DNA from: a virus | IMG/VR virus record: IMGVR_UViG_3300045988_089680 | Coordinates: 1 to 64,000 of that record | Length of the DNA: 64,000 bases | Direction: 5' to 3' (one strand) | Shown: positions 1 through 8,669 of the stretch, piece by piece | How the letters are laid out: every line of letters begins with the position of its first letter | Numbering within the stretch: position 1 is the first letter of the stretch | Position numbers and translations under genes: made by a program | Notes under the pieces: model-generated | What the model was told of the DNA's origin: nothing | What the model saw: only the letters and a program-made list of their open reading frames with translations | The model's database searches: none

Positions 1-12
1 ATAAACGGGTTA

Positions 13-369
13 ATGGCAGAACCTCCGTATTCATTCATGAAGAAAGGTTTTCAAACATATCAACTCTCAAATAATCTTGCCAAAATTAAAGACACAGAGC
101 AGGCTATTAAGCGCCATACAGTTATGGCAACCACAGAAGACAAAGAATATAAGTTTGACGGTGGTAAAGTTGTTATATGTAATTCAGATGAGCGTATACG
201 TATATATTTCGATGAAAAACCTAACAGCGAAACAAGGTCTATGCTAAAGGGAAATGCTTTTAAATGGTCTCCTAAAAACAATGCATGGCAGCGACAGCTT
301 ACATCTAACGCAAGGTTTGCGCTGAAACATCACATCATACTTCCGGGCTTTACATTCGCCAACGACTAA
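13..369 (+). CDS. hypothetical phage protein (may be 5'-truncated at window edge)
   Basis: 118-aa ORF in a co-directional array. It has a C-terminal FDEKP..LKGNAFKWSP..NAWQR module, but I cannot make a confident family call. Confidence 0.4.
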   Translation: MAEPPYSFMKKGFQTYQLSNNLAKIKDTEQAIKRHTVMATTEDKEYKFDGGKVVICNSDERIRIYFDEKPNSETRSMLKGNAFKWSPKNNAWQRQLTSNARFALKHHIILPGFTFAND

Positions 370-453
370 AGTCCCAAACACACCATATAAGGCGATATAA
401 GCGAGTTTCTTCATGTCGCCTTATATCTTACACACCAAAATATTCATACGCTT

Positions 454-831
454 ATGGAATCTACAATTAGTCAAGTACAAGAAATAGTGTCAGTTCTGAC
501 ATCAGACGAACAGCAGCTACTCAAAGACACCATCAACTACGGTTCATGGGGCGATAGCGATTGGGAGTTTCTTGACGAGAATAACAAAGTAGAAACCGTT
601 AGAATGTACGGTTACTGCACCAATGACGCTAAGAGGGCTGGACATTTCAGCGGAAGAAAGGTATCTTCCATGTTCCGTTCTATTTATAAGAAGCTATGCC
701 CTACAAATCACAATAAGATAGGCAGATACATTTCACACTGTAACGATTGGTGGGGTGATGGTAGTGGAGATATGCTGTTCATCAGAACCGGTTATTACCT
801 CACATTTGAAGAGTGGGCTAGATTGAAATAA
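454..831 (+). CDS. hypothetical protein
   Basis: 125-aa ORF, co-directional and tightly packed with its neighbours. Confidence 0.45.
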   Translation: MESTISQVQEIVSVLTSDEQQLLKDTINYGSWGDSDWEFLDENNKVETVRMYGYCTNDAKRAGHFSGRKVSSMFRSIYKKLCPTNHNKIGRYISHCNDWWGDGSGDMLFIRTGYYLTFEEWARLK

Positions 832-838
832 TTTAAAA

Positions 839-1093
839 ATGACCAATATTATGAGAACAGTAGGAACTTTATATCTAACTTATGACACAAAAGTTGAAGA
901 GATAGAAATGAAAAGCAAAACTTTTGGTGGAATGTTTATGGAAGCTAAAGACATAGTCGAAGATAGAAAACATGATAAAAGATTATCCGACGCTCGGTTC
1001 GTATATGCTGTACTTCTTCCACCTGTACCACAATACGCAAAAAAATATGCTTCTATGGATTTTGTTTTGTTTGATAGTACAAAAGAAAAGTAA
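839..1093 (+). CDS. hypothetical protein
   Basis: 84-aa ORF starting 8 nt after the previous stop. Confidence 0.4.
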   Translation: MTNIMRTVGTLYLTYDTKVEEIEMKSKTFGGMFMEAKDIVEDRKHDKRLSDARFVYAVLLPPVPQYAKKYASMDFVLFDSTKEK

Positions 1094-1116
1094 GAATAAA
1101 GATATAACATACGATT

Positions 1117-1332
1117 ATGGAAAAGTACACACAGAAGTTCATCAAAAACCTTGTAAAGCAAGGCGATGCGATAGACGTTACTAACAGTCTCAGTCGTGAA
1201 GCAATACCCGAGGGATATTTCAAGGTTGGATATTCCAAAGGTGCCAACGGTATTAACGGACTTATCCTCAAAGGTATAAGCGGAAAGCTATACGTAGTGA
1301 CAAAGAGTAATACAGCTATTAATATATTCTAA
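1117..1332 (+). CDS. hypothetical protein
   Basis: 71-aa ORF in the same array. Confidence 0.4.
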   Translation: MEKYTQKFIKNLVKQGDAIDVTNSLSREAIPEGYFKVGYSKGANGINGLILKGISGKLYVVTKSNTAINIF

Positions 1333-1343
1333 ATATAACAGCT

Positions 1344-1553
1344 ATGAAGAAGTACATAATAGTATATTACAAAAGTGATGCGCCTCACGGGTATGAGGAA
1401 TGCATGAGGTCATTACCAATGACAAAGGAAGATTGCGAACGCCATCTTATCAAGAATGGACTCTTCGAAAACCCAGTACTCCCTCGTGTGTGGTATCCGA
1501 AAGACAAGACTAATGCTTTTGTTCAATGTGAGTTCGCACAAGTAGAGGATTAA
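1344..1553 (+). CDS. hypothetical protein
   Basis: 69-aa ORF in the same array. Confidence 0.4.
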   Translation: MKKYIIVYYKSDAPHGYEECMRSLPMTKEDCERHLIKNGLFENPVLPRVWYPKDKTNAFVQCEFAQVED

Positions 1554-1567
1554 ATAATACTGACGAT

Positions 1568-2230
1568 ATGAAACAGTACATCAAGTTTAGCTACACAGAG
1601 GAGTATTTGCCGACTCCTCGGTGTAAGAAGCTTAGAGAGCGTGAGGTAAAGAGTTCTACATCTATAAACATCAAGGAATGTAGCAAGGAAGACGCACCTC
1701 TTGTTATGGTGGTCAAAAGCTATGACTGTGAGGAATGTGAGATAAGAGTGTTTAAAGGGAAACTATATCGCAATGTGCAATGGCGGAACATGAATCGTGC
1801 AGACGGTGAGCCAATAGAACAAAACGAGACTATAAACACAATTAACTGGCAGTATATAATATGGGGTAATGATTATTACAATGATAGCCGTTGGACAGGT
1901 GAGAGAGGTGACGCTACTTCTAAAGCCAAAATTAAGAAAAGAGCAAGTAAATATCTTATAATTGGTGATATGGTTTTTATGAGAACAACAGAGCCTATCT
2001 ATAATATAACTTGTTTCGGTTGCAATGATAGTGCAGGAATGTTTGTTGATTATGCAGATAAGGATTCCAAGTATTGCTATAATTATTCAGCCTTGCAGCG
2101 TGAAGAGTGCCACGAGGAATTGAAAAGAATACTTTCTTATTGCCGTAACAAACATGATAATTCTGATAGTTATAATATTAAGGTTTTGGATCCCGAATAT
2201 GTGAAATTCAAGAGGGCAAAACATAAATAG
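1568..2230 (+). CDS. hypothetical protein
   Basis: 220-aa ORF with no recognisable motif. Confidence 0.5.
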   Translation: MKQYIKFSYTEEYLPTPRCKKLREREVKSSTSINIKECSKEDAPLVMVVKSYDCEECEIRVFKGKLYRNVQWRNMNRADGEPIEQNETINTINWQYIIWGNDYYNDSRWTGERGDATSKAKIKKRASKYLIIGDMVFMRTTEPIYNITCFGCNDSAGMFVDYADKDSKYCYNYSALQREECHEELKRILSYCRNKHDNSDSYNIKVLDPEYVKFKRAKHK

Positions 2231-2270
2231 CAATGATTACGGATTTACAAGATAAGGTATATAATCTATC

Positions 2271-2318
2271 ATCCGTGAGCGATAAGGCGCACATCGGGTT
2301 CGAGACCCGACACGGAAC
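2271..2318 (+). ncRNA. tRNA-like acceptor/T-arm minihelix (tRNA remnant?)
   Basis: tccgtg(2272-2277) pairs with cacgga(2311-2316). The T arm is tcggg-TTCGAGA-cccga (2294-2310) with a canonical T loop. There is no D or anticodon arm. The element also overlaps a possible 30-aa ORF (2233-2325). Confidence 0.25.
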
Positions 2319-2370
2319 AATATAGTAAATGCTCGTAATAAACAATTTGAAAGTATTTGTTAGCTAAAAA

Positions 2371-2410
2371 TATTTGTTATTCAAATACTTTTAGTATATT
2401 TGCAAAAAAG
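2371..2410 (+). promoter_or_regulatory. conserved 40-bp promoter module, copy 1 (upstream of portal)
   Basis: Sequence tatTTGttattcaaatacttttagTAtaTTTGcaaaaaag has a TTTG -33 box and a TAnnTTTG -7 box. Near-identical copies lie at 8621, 18241 and 63891. Confidence 0.6.
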
Positions 2411-2418
2411 CCGCAAAT

Positions 2419-3849
2419 ATGGATATAAAAGAAATACTTGGTAATGCAAATAGTATAGACCAAAAAATCAACGAGTTAAAGAAGAGGACAGTATGTGTTC
2501 CCTTATGGAGTACATTGCTTACGTACTATGAAACCTCCAATCATAAAGTACTTACAGATACGCTAAGTCTGAAAGACAAAGAGAATGGAGAGAAATCTTC
2601 ACGTATTGCTATTGGATTGGAGAAACTGCTGGCCAACCGTGTAAACCAATTTACATTTGCGATACCTGTAAAACGAGAATACAACACACCTTCTAATGCA
2701 CTGCAATCGGAGATTATTAATGCCATAGAAAGAATCTACGATAATGCACATATTGACAGCATGAATTATAAGCGTGGATTAGCCTATTATGCTTCATGCG
2801 AAATCTTCACTATATGGTATACTGTTAAGAGAGAAAACACAATATACGGATTTCCATGTAGATATAAGCTAAAATGTAAAACCTTCTCTCCTATGGATGG
2901 GGTAAAATTATACCCCATTATTGACGAACTCGATGATATGATAGCTATGTCATTCGAGTACGAAAAGAAGATTTCAGACGTAAAAACAATCACTTTTTTT
3001 GAGACCTTTACAGCAGACCGCCATTACGTATGGAAAAAAGACGACCAAGGTAACACATGGGAAGAAACAACTGCACAAATTATGGATGATGGAACAATCG
3101 AAAGCGGTGAGGAGATTATAATCGATAAGATTCCTGGTGTATATCTATGGCGCCCAACCCCTGTCTACCAAGGGTTGAGTAATATCCGTCATGAGTTGGA
3201 GTATAACCTTTCTCGCAATGGTAATGTAATAGCTTACAATGCCGCACCAATAGTGAAAGTAAAGGGAGGAATCAAAGGAAAAGAAAAGAAAGGAGAAAGC
3301 AATCGTATTTGGCGTGTCGAAAGTGATGGTGACATATCCTATGTATCTTGGAATCAGTCCCAAGAGGCAGTGAATAACCAAACTAATACACTTTTGAAAT
3401 TGTTTTGGATGCTTTCGCAGATGCCGGATATCTCTTTTGACAATATGAAAGGACTTGGCAACATAGGCTATGATGCAAGACAAACAATGCTTACAGACGC
3501 AAGGCTTAAGATTAATGAAGAGTCCGGTCCTTGGAAAGAGTTCTTTGAACGAGAATTCAATGTTATAAAGGCATTCTTGAAAAAGATGAATAATCCTTGG
3601 GAAAAAGAGATAGATAATATAACCTGCAAGCATATAATCACCCCATACGTGCCACAAGATGAAAATAATGATATTAATATAAGGATGAAAGCTAATGGTG
3701 GAATGCCAGTAGAAAGTCAACTTGAATCAATTGTTAAGCTCGGTTGCTCAAAAGACCCTAAAGCAACATTAAAGGAGATAAGAGAGCAGCAGGCTGCATC
3801 TGCATTAGCGCAACAAGTGGCATTTAATTTGGGAGAACAAACCTTATAA
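2419..3849 (+). CDS. portal protein
   Basis: 476 aa. It is the first gene after the promoter module and sits immediately upstream of the MuF-type head morphogenesis gene. Size and position are typical of an SPP1-type portal. Confidence 0.7.
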   Translation: MDIKEILGNANSIDQKINELKKRTVCVPLWSTLLTYYETSNHKVLTDTLSLKDKENGEKSSRIAIGLEKLLANRVNQFTFAIPVKREYNTPSNALQSEIINAIERIYDNAHIDSMNYKRGLAYYASCEIFTIWYTVKRENTIYGFPCRYKLKCKTFSPMDGVKLYPIIDELDDMIAMSFEYEKKISDVKTITFFETFTADRHYVWKKDDQGNTWEETTAQIMDDGTIESGEEIIIDKIPGVYLWRPTPVYQGLSNIRHELEYNLSRNGNVIAYNAAPIVKVKGGIKGKEKKGESNRIWRVESDGDISYVSWNQSQEAVNNQTNTLLKLFWMLSQMPDISFDNMKGLGNIGYDARQTMLTDARLKINEESGPWKEFFEREFNVIKAFLKKMNNPWEKEIDNITCKHIITPYVPQDENNDINIRMKANGGMPVESQLESIVKLGCSKDPKATLKEIREQQAASALAQQVAFNLGEQTL

Positions 3850-3860
3850 CAACAGCTATT

Positions 3861-4043
3861 ATGTCTATTAATAAGAGAAAAATTCTCCTAAAAACAGAAA
3901 GCTTTTGTTATAGATGTGCCCATGTCTCCAATCCACGTAATAAAAGCGTAACGGGACAACCCACACTTGCTACATGTCCTTTTGAGAAATACGCCATACT
4001 ATACCAAAGGGTATGTGTAAACGACCATTTTAAACCGAAATAG
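3861..4043 (+). CDS. hypothetical small Cys-containing protein
   Basis: 60-aa ORF whose stop abuts the ATG of the next gene. Confidence 0.35.
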   Translation: MSINKRKILLKTESFCYRCAHVSNPRNKSVTGQPTLATCPFEKYAILYQRVCVNDHFKPK

Positions 4044-5603
4044 ATGAAGCCCAAGACACCAAATCAGAAGAAAGCATACGATGCCCTGAACCTACGACTA
4101 ATTAAGTATATGTCGCAGGTTCAGGGCATTTATGATAGAATAGCAAACCAAATAGCTATTGCTGTTGATAGTACTAATTATGACGGCTCAGTTGAATTTA
4201 ATTTTAGAGATTATCCAGAATTAAATCAAACAGTCAAAAATTTAATGTCTGATTATGCAGGACAGATGAATAACCTCATCTATTCTGGAACTTCAAACGA
4301 GTGGAAGGAAAGTAATATAATGCAAGACCTTTTAGCTCGTAAGGTTCTTCGTGCTTATGATTTTGAGAAGGGTGGAGATAAGTATCAGAGATATTTTCAG
4401 CCTAATACAGATGCGCTTAAAGCATTCCAACAAAGAGTAGATAGAGGGATGAATCTCTCTCAAAAGCTCTGGTTACAGTCACAGGCATTGAAGAAAGAAA
4501 TGGAGCAAACCATTTCAGCTGCAATTGAAAGAGGACAATCTGCGGTAGTTCTTAGTAAGAGAATAAGCAAATATCTCTCGGACTTTCCCTCAATGAAAGC
4601 AGACTATGCAGAGAAATATGGAAAAGCGGTAAGCTGTCTTGACTGCCAATATGCTTCTATACGTTTGGCACGAACGGAGATAAACATGGCTTACAGAAAG
4701 GCAGAGCAGATAAGATGGAAACAATTTGACTTCATCTTGGGGTATGAGATTAAATTGAGTAAGCGCCATCCTGCACCAGACATCTGCGATGATCTGATTG
4801 GAATATACCCTAAAGACTTTGTTTTCTTAGGATGGCATCCTAACTGCATGTGTTATGTTGTGCCTATTGTGATGAGTGATGAAGAGTATTATAACCCCAA
4901 ACAAAGTTTAAATAGTTACAAGCCACTGCCAAGTGGTCTTGGTTCTTGGATAGATAAAAACTGTTTACGAATACTATCCTCAAACATAAGGGAAACTTTG
5001 CCATACTGGTTACGTGACAACAAAAGTGTTAGAGATTGTGCCATATTGATAGGAAAAGCGAGGGAAATAGGTAATGATTTTAAGAAAATAGGAGAAACTA
5101 TAGCAGAAAAGGTAGGAGGAATCGTAACACCTGTTAATTATAAATCGTTTTCCTCTATGTATAGAAAGCTTATTACAGAGAATATCGACATCACAGACAT
5201 CAAAGATGCATTGAGAAGTACAATTATTGTCGATAAAGACAAGTTAGAGGAAGTGGTTTTCAATTTAAAACATTTAGATACATTCCTCAGACACAAGGAA
5301 CAAAAGCCTGAAATGTTCAATGGGTATAGTGGAAATATCATTAATCTATCTATGCCCAACAATATTGTGGCAGAGATTCAAGTAAATACAGCCAAAATGA
5401 TTTATGCAAAAGAAACAGAATCAAATGCAAAAAGAATACTCGGAGAAGAGTTATGGAATAAGATACGTTCGGAAACTAATTTGCAAGGAGGATTAGGACA
5501 TAAATATTATGAAGAAATACGGATGTTAAACAAAGTTACAGACCTACCAAAGATAGAAAGACTAAAAAGATTCTCTGAAGAATATTATTCACATTTCAGA
5601 TAA
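4044..5603 (+). CDS. MuF/SPP1-gp7-like minor head protein fused to a C-terminal RelA/SpoT-like (small alarmone synthetase-type) toxin domain
   Basis: MuF motifs are LARTEINMAY and WHPNCMCY. The C-terminal ~170 aa carry RSH-synthetase-like motifs: YKSFSSMYRKL, DIKDALRSTIIV, NGYSGNIINL and AEIQVNTAKMIYAKE. Confidence 0.7.
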   Translation: MKPKTPNQKKAYDALNLRLIKYMSQVQGIYDRIANQIAIAVDSTNYDGSVEFNFRDYPELNQTVKNLMSDYAGQMNNLIYSGTSNEWKESNIMQDLLARKVLRAYDFEKGGDKYQRYFQPNTDALKAFQQRVDRGMNLSQKLWLQSQALKKEMEQTISAAIERGQSAVVLSKRISKYLSDFPSMKADYAEKYGKAVSCLDCQYASIRLARTEINMAYRKAEQIRWKQFDFILGYEIKLSKRHPAPDICDDLIGIYPKDFVFLGWHPNCMCYVVPIVMSDEEYYNPKQSLNSYKPLPSGLGSWIDKNCLRILSSNIRETLPYWLRDNKSVRDCAILIGKAREIGNDFKKIGETIAEKVGGIVTPVNYKSFSSMYRKLITENIDITDIKDALRSTIIVDKDKLEEVVFNLKHLDTFLRHKEQKPEMFNGYSGNIINLSMPNNIVAEIQVNTAKMIYAKETESNAKRILGEELWNKIRSETNLQGGLGHKYYEEIRMLNKVTDLPKIERLKRFSEEYYSHFR

Positions 5604-5668
5604 ACAAAGTTAAATACTTGTATAATTGAATATAAATTCATAACTTTACAACCGATAAAATATTAAAT

Positions 5669-5896
5669 ATGAATGAGTTAGAAATTTGGAAGAAATTGCC
5701 AACAAAAGGTCAGATGTATATATACGACGATTTTGAAAAATTGGCAATAAGACTGCATGTAACCAAAGAGGTTATAATGTGTAACTTCAAGAGAAAAGGC
5801 AAAAGAGAAAAATTGGGGGATTTCACTTCTGCCTTTATAAGAGAAAGCATTTGTTACGGAAAAGAAATAACAAAAGAAGAATATGATAAACTTTGA
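5669..5896 (+). CDS. hypothetical protein (candidate immunity/adaptor)
   Basis: 75-aa ORF between the toxin-domain gene and the HD hydrolase. It overlaps the next gene by 14 nt. Confidence 0.4.
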   Translation: MNELEIWKKLPTKGQMYIYDDFEKLAIRLHVTKEVIMCNFKRKGKREKLGDFTSAFIRESICYGKEITKEEYDKL

Positions 5897-6329
5897 GGAA
5901 GCAGTAGAAATAGCATATAGATACCATAAGGGACAGAAAGACTTAGATGGTAAACCAGTTTTACTTCATCCTTTAGCGGTTGCACTTATGGGTAACAATG
6001 ATACGGAAAGAATAGTGGGGGTATTACATGATGTTATAGAAGATACAGATTGCTCCTTCACAGACTTAGAAAATTTGGGCGTAAGCAAAAATGTCATCAA
6101 TACCTTAGAATTGCTGACTCATACAGAAGACGAATCGTACGGCAAATATCTTTCACGAATAATTACATCAGGCAACATTATAGCCTTAAAGGTAAAGATA
6201 AATGACTTGCGCCATAACATAAGTCGGAATAATGAAGATACCGAACAAAAGAAAAGGATTAAAGCTAAACACCAAAAGGCGTTAAAAAAGATTGAAAACT
6301 TTCTAACGGCATATAATCTTAAAAAATAG
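5883..6329 (+). CDS. HD-domain (p)ppGpp/alarmone hydrolase-like protein (small alarmone hydrolase type)
   Basis: 148 aa. Motifs YHKGQKDLDGKP..LHP and LHDVIEDT match the HDxxED signature of RSH hydrolase domains. Confidence 0.65.
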   Translation: MINFEEAVEIAYRYHKGQKDLDGKPVLLHPLAVALMGNNDTERIVGVLHDVIEDTDCSFTDLENLGVSKNVINTLELLTHTEDESYGKYLSRIITSGNIIALKVKINDLRHNISRNNEDTEQKKRIKAKHQKALKKIENFLTAYNLKK

Positions 6330-6346
6330 GTTATATGCCGTTTTCT
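6305..6346 (+). terminator. intrinsic terminator
   Basis: Perfect 12-bp stem, aacggcatataa / ttatatgccgtt, followed by TTTT. Confidence 0.6.
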
Positions 6347-6353
6347 ATACCTT

Positions 6354-6577
6354 CTAAGCTTGTCAAATATTCTCTCCATATACTTACACGTATTTTCATA
6401 ATCAGCGTGTCACAGCGAAAAACATACACTTACATTACTCCTTAGTCTAAAAGTTAGCTAAAGTTAAATTATTGATAATCAGTAAATTACGAGTTTATAA
6501 ATTTGGTCAATTCACAAAAAATGACTACCTTTGCAATAGATAATTAAAACAATAACAACTTAAAGATAAGAGCAATG
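6354..6577 (+). repeat. 224-bp regulatory/leader repeat, copy A (includes a promoter: TTTG at 6502-6505, TAccTTTG at 6526-6533)
   Basis: About 88% identical by eye to 16508-16732. It ends at the ATG of the downstream gene. Confidence 0.75.
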
Positions 6578-7726
6578 AATACGATTAAAACATTTATCCC
6601 ATCAGAATCAGTAGACGCATTCAAGAGGTTTGCTGATAAGACACGTAAGAACGTAAAAGACTTCGCTTACTCACTAGGTAAGCCTTATGAGAAGTTGTTT
6701 TATCATCCTGTAATCAATAAAGATGGAATTGGTGGACATAAAATCAAGGCATTCCATGAAGTATGTGACCTCACAATCAACATACCAGAGCAGAGCGGTT
6801 GGAAACTCCTTGCTACATACAAGGATGATGCTTTTACTCCTGCCGACCCGACCAAGGAACTTATCTTCAAGAACCATCAACACGGAGCAGACTACGGAAA
6901 ATGTGACTTTTGCGGTCATTGGTGCAAGAATGCCTATGTCGTTGAAAATGTGAAGACGGGCGAGGAATTACAAGTAGGTTGCGAATGTATCAAGAAGTTT
7001 GGTATCAATGATATGTACTACATATCCGACTTCACCAAAAAGCTCTATGAACTCTATGATTACAGGGGCAGTAATGCTACCGATGATGAGTTTGGTGACA
7101 TCGAGAAATGGGGCGGCAGAAAGGATTCAAGCTACAAGAATGCTATCCTTAAAACGAACCTCATCATGGCTGCCAAGGCTCAGTACGATATTTGCCCAGT
7201 CTATAAGAAAGGAACGAAAGTTGAACATGTCAGTTACCGCTCGGCAACTTTGGAGGGTATCGACACCATCTTGAATAGCGGTAAGTTAAAGGTGGATGAA
7301 GCTTACGTGAAGGCGGTTTGCGAGTTCGGTGCAAAGATTCAACCTAAGACCGAGTTTGAAGAAGATATGCTTGCCGTAGCAAAGAACTTCTATTGTTATC
7401 AAGCTCAAGAGGTCTATGCCTTCTTCCTAGTCAAAGCTTATGAAGATAGCTTGAAGCCAGAGTTGAACCTTCCGAAAGGATGCCAAGTTAAGGTGTGTGG
7501 CAAGGTCATTCAGAAGCGTTTCGAGGAGTCTTACTACGGAATGATGGAAATCAACACCATTCTTACTGACAAGGGTGTTACCTGTGAACGCTACGGAAAG
7601 GTACCTACCACCGAAGATAAGCGCACTTCATTCTACGCACTTGTAAAAGGGGTATTCAATGGAAAGGTTAGCCTAGACAGAGCTACCAAGAATCCTAAGA
7701 AAGGAATAGAAGTAATAAACATATAA
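6575..7726 (+). CDS. hypothetical protein with a Cys cluster (CDFCGHWC...GCEC)
   Basis: 383-aa ORF. Its start lies in the AAGAGCAATG context. Confidence 0.55.
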   Translation: MNTIKTFIPSESVDAFKRFADKTRKNVKDFAYSLGKPYEKLFYHPVINKDGIGGHKIKAFHEVCDLTINIPEQSGWKLLATYKDDAFTPADPTKELIFKNHQHGADYGKCDFCGHWCKNAYVVENVKTGEELQVGCECIKKFGINDMYYISDFTKKLYELYDYRGSNATDDEFGDIEKWGGRKDSSYKNAILKTNLIMAAKAQYDICPVYKKGTKVEHVSYRSATLEGIDTILNSGKLKVDEAYVKAVCEFGAKIQPKTEFEEDMLAVAKNFYCYQAQEVYAFFLVKAYEDSLKPELNLPKGCQVKVCGKVIQKRFEESYYGMMEINTILTDKGVTCERYGKVPTTEDKRTSFYALVKGVFNGKVSLDRATKNPKKGIEVINI

Positions 7727-7732
7727 ACATTC

Positions 7733-7753
7733 AGCCCTCGCTATCACGGATAA
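7733..7753 (+). repeat. 21-nt intergenic motif agccctcgctatcacggataa, copy 1
   Basis: An identical 21-mer is at 8078-8098. Both lie in the short gap after a stop codon. Confidence 0.7.
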
Positions 7754-7763
7754 AGCATTTCGT

Positions 7764-8078
7764 ATGAAAAACATCTATGGAGAGACAGTTAAGCCTAAAT
7801 ATGAGATTGCTCTCAAACAACACGTAAAAGGTAGTGTTGAAAACGATTACGAAAGTATAGAGTTCTATAATGCTGAAAATTATTGGGATGCCGTTAAAAA
7901 GGCTAAGAAATATTCGTTAGGCATTGGCTCTGAAAACATCCGCTTTAAGGAGTCAAATCATTTAGACGCTGGTCTTGCGCAGGTAACTATAGTTTGTTAT
8001 TATTCAGATGATACGTCTGACTATAATGAAGTATGGCAAGAAGAATATATTAACGGAAAGAAAACAAGGAGATATTAA
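7764..8078 (+). CDS. hypothetical protein
   Basis: 104-aa ORF. Confidence 0.45.
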   Translation: MKNIYGETVKPKYEIALKQHVKGSVENDYESIEFYNAENYWDAVKKAKKYSLGIGSENIRFKESNHLDAGLAQVTIVCYYSDDTSDYNEVWQEEYINGKKTRRY

Positions 8079-8107
8079 GCCCTCGCTATCACGGATAAGT
8101 CAATATT

Positions 8108-8332
8108 ATGGGAAAATGGTATTTAAACGAAAGGTGGAGTTCAAATGTATGTCCTAATAATCCAAGATATGCAGAATATAGTTCATTGCACGAAGCCCAA
8201 GAAGCACTCGTAAAAGAAAAGAAATCTCTAACAGAAGGATTTATCTCTGGTGAGTTAATAAAAGACGAACCCTCCCTTATAAGAGTAATGATGACTGTAA
8301 ATTGGGTTGAGCATTATATAACATATGAATAA
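8108..8332 (+). CDS. hypothetical protein
   Basis: 74-aa ORF. Confidence 0.4.
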   Translation: MGKWYLNERWSSNVCPNNPRYAEYSSLHEAQEALVKEKKSLTEGFISGELIKDEPSLIRVMMTVNWVEHYITYE

Positions 8333-8427
8333 TATGAAAACTCTCTCAGAATTAGTAGAAAACAAAGGCCACGTATTAGAGGACGGACAAGGCCTTCATT
8401 ATAACGACATTTAAAAGACAAAGAGCA

Positions 8428-8604
8428 ATGGTAAAGAGAATCTATAAAATAGAAGTCCAAGAGATTCTGTCACGTACGATAGAAATTGAATCATCTACAG
8501 CTAAATCTGCAAGAGAAAAGGTTGAAGAAATGTATCGTAATCAAGAAATAATTCTTGGCGGAGACGATTTCAAGGAGAAAAGTATAAAAATAGTATTAGG
8601 GTAG
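8428..8604 (+). CDS. small DpnD/PcfM-like protein (below the ORF-track cutoff)
   Basis: 58-aa ORF that I translated by hand: MVKRIYKIEVQEILSRTIEIESSTAKSAREKVEEMYRNQEIILGGDDFKEKSIKIVLG. Its start lies in the AAGAGCAATG context. Confidence 0.45.
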   Translation: MVKRIYKIEVQEILSRTIEIESSTAKSAREKVEEMYRNQEIILGGDDFKEKSIKIVLG

Positions 8605-8620
8605 AAATTTCTACGCTTTC

Positions 8621-8660
8621 TATTTGTTATTCAAATAATTTTAAGTATATTTGCAAAAAG
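8621..8660 (+). promoter_or_regulatory. conserved 40-bp promoter module, copy 2
   Basis: Sequence tatTTGttattcaaataattttaagTAtaTTTGcaaaaag. Confidence 0.6.
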
Positions 8661-8669
8661 TTACAAGAT

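Noticed and set aside
3145-3720. 191-aa minus-strand ORF.
   Set aside because: It is antisense within the portal gene and breaks an otherwise uniform plus-strand operon. It has no promoter or motif support.
8335-8415. 26-aa ORF (MKTLSELVENKGHVLEDGQGLHYNDI).
   Set aside because: It is too short and has no supporting context, so I left it unannotated.
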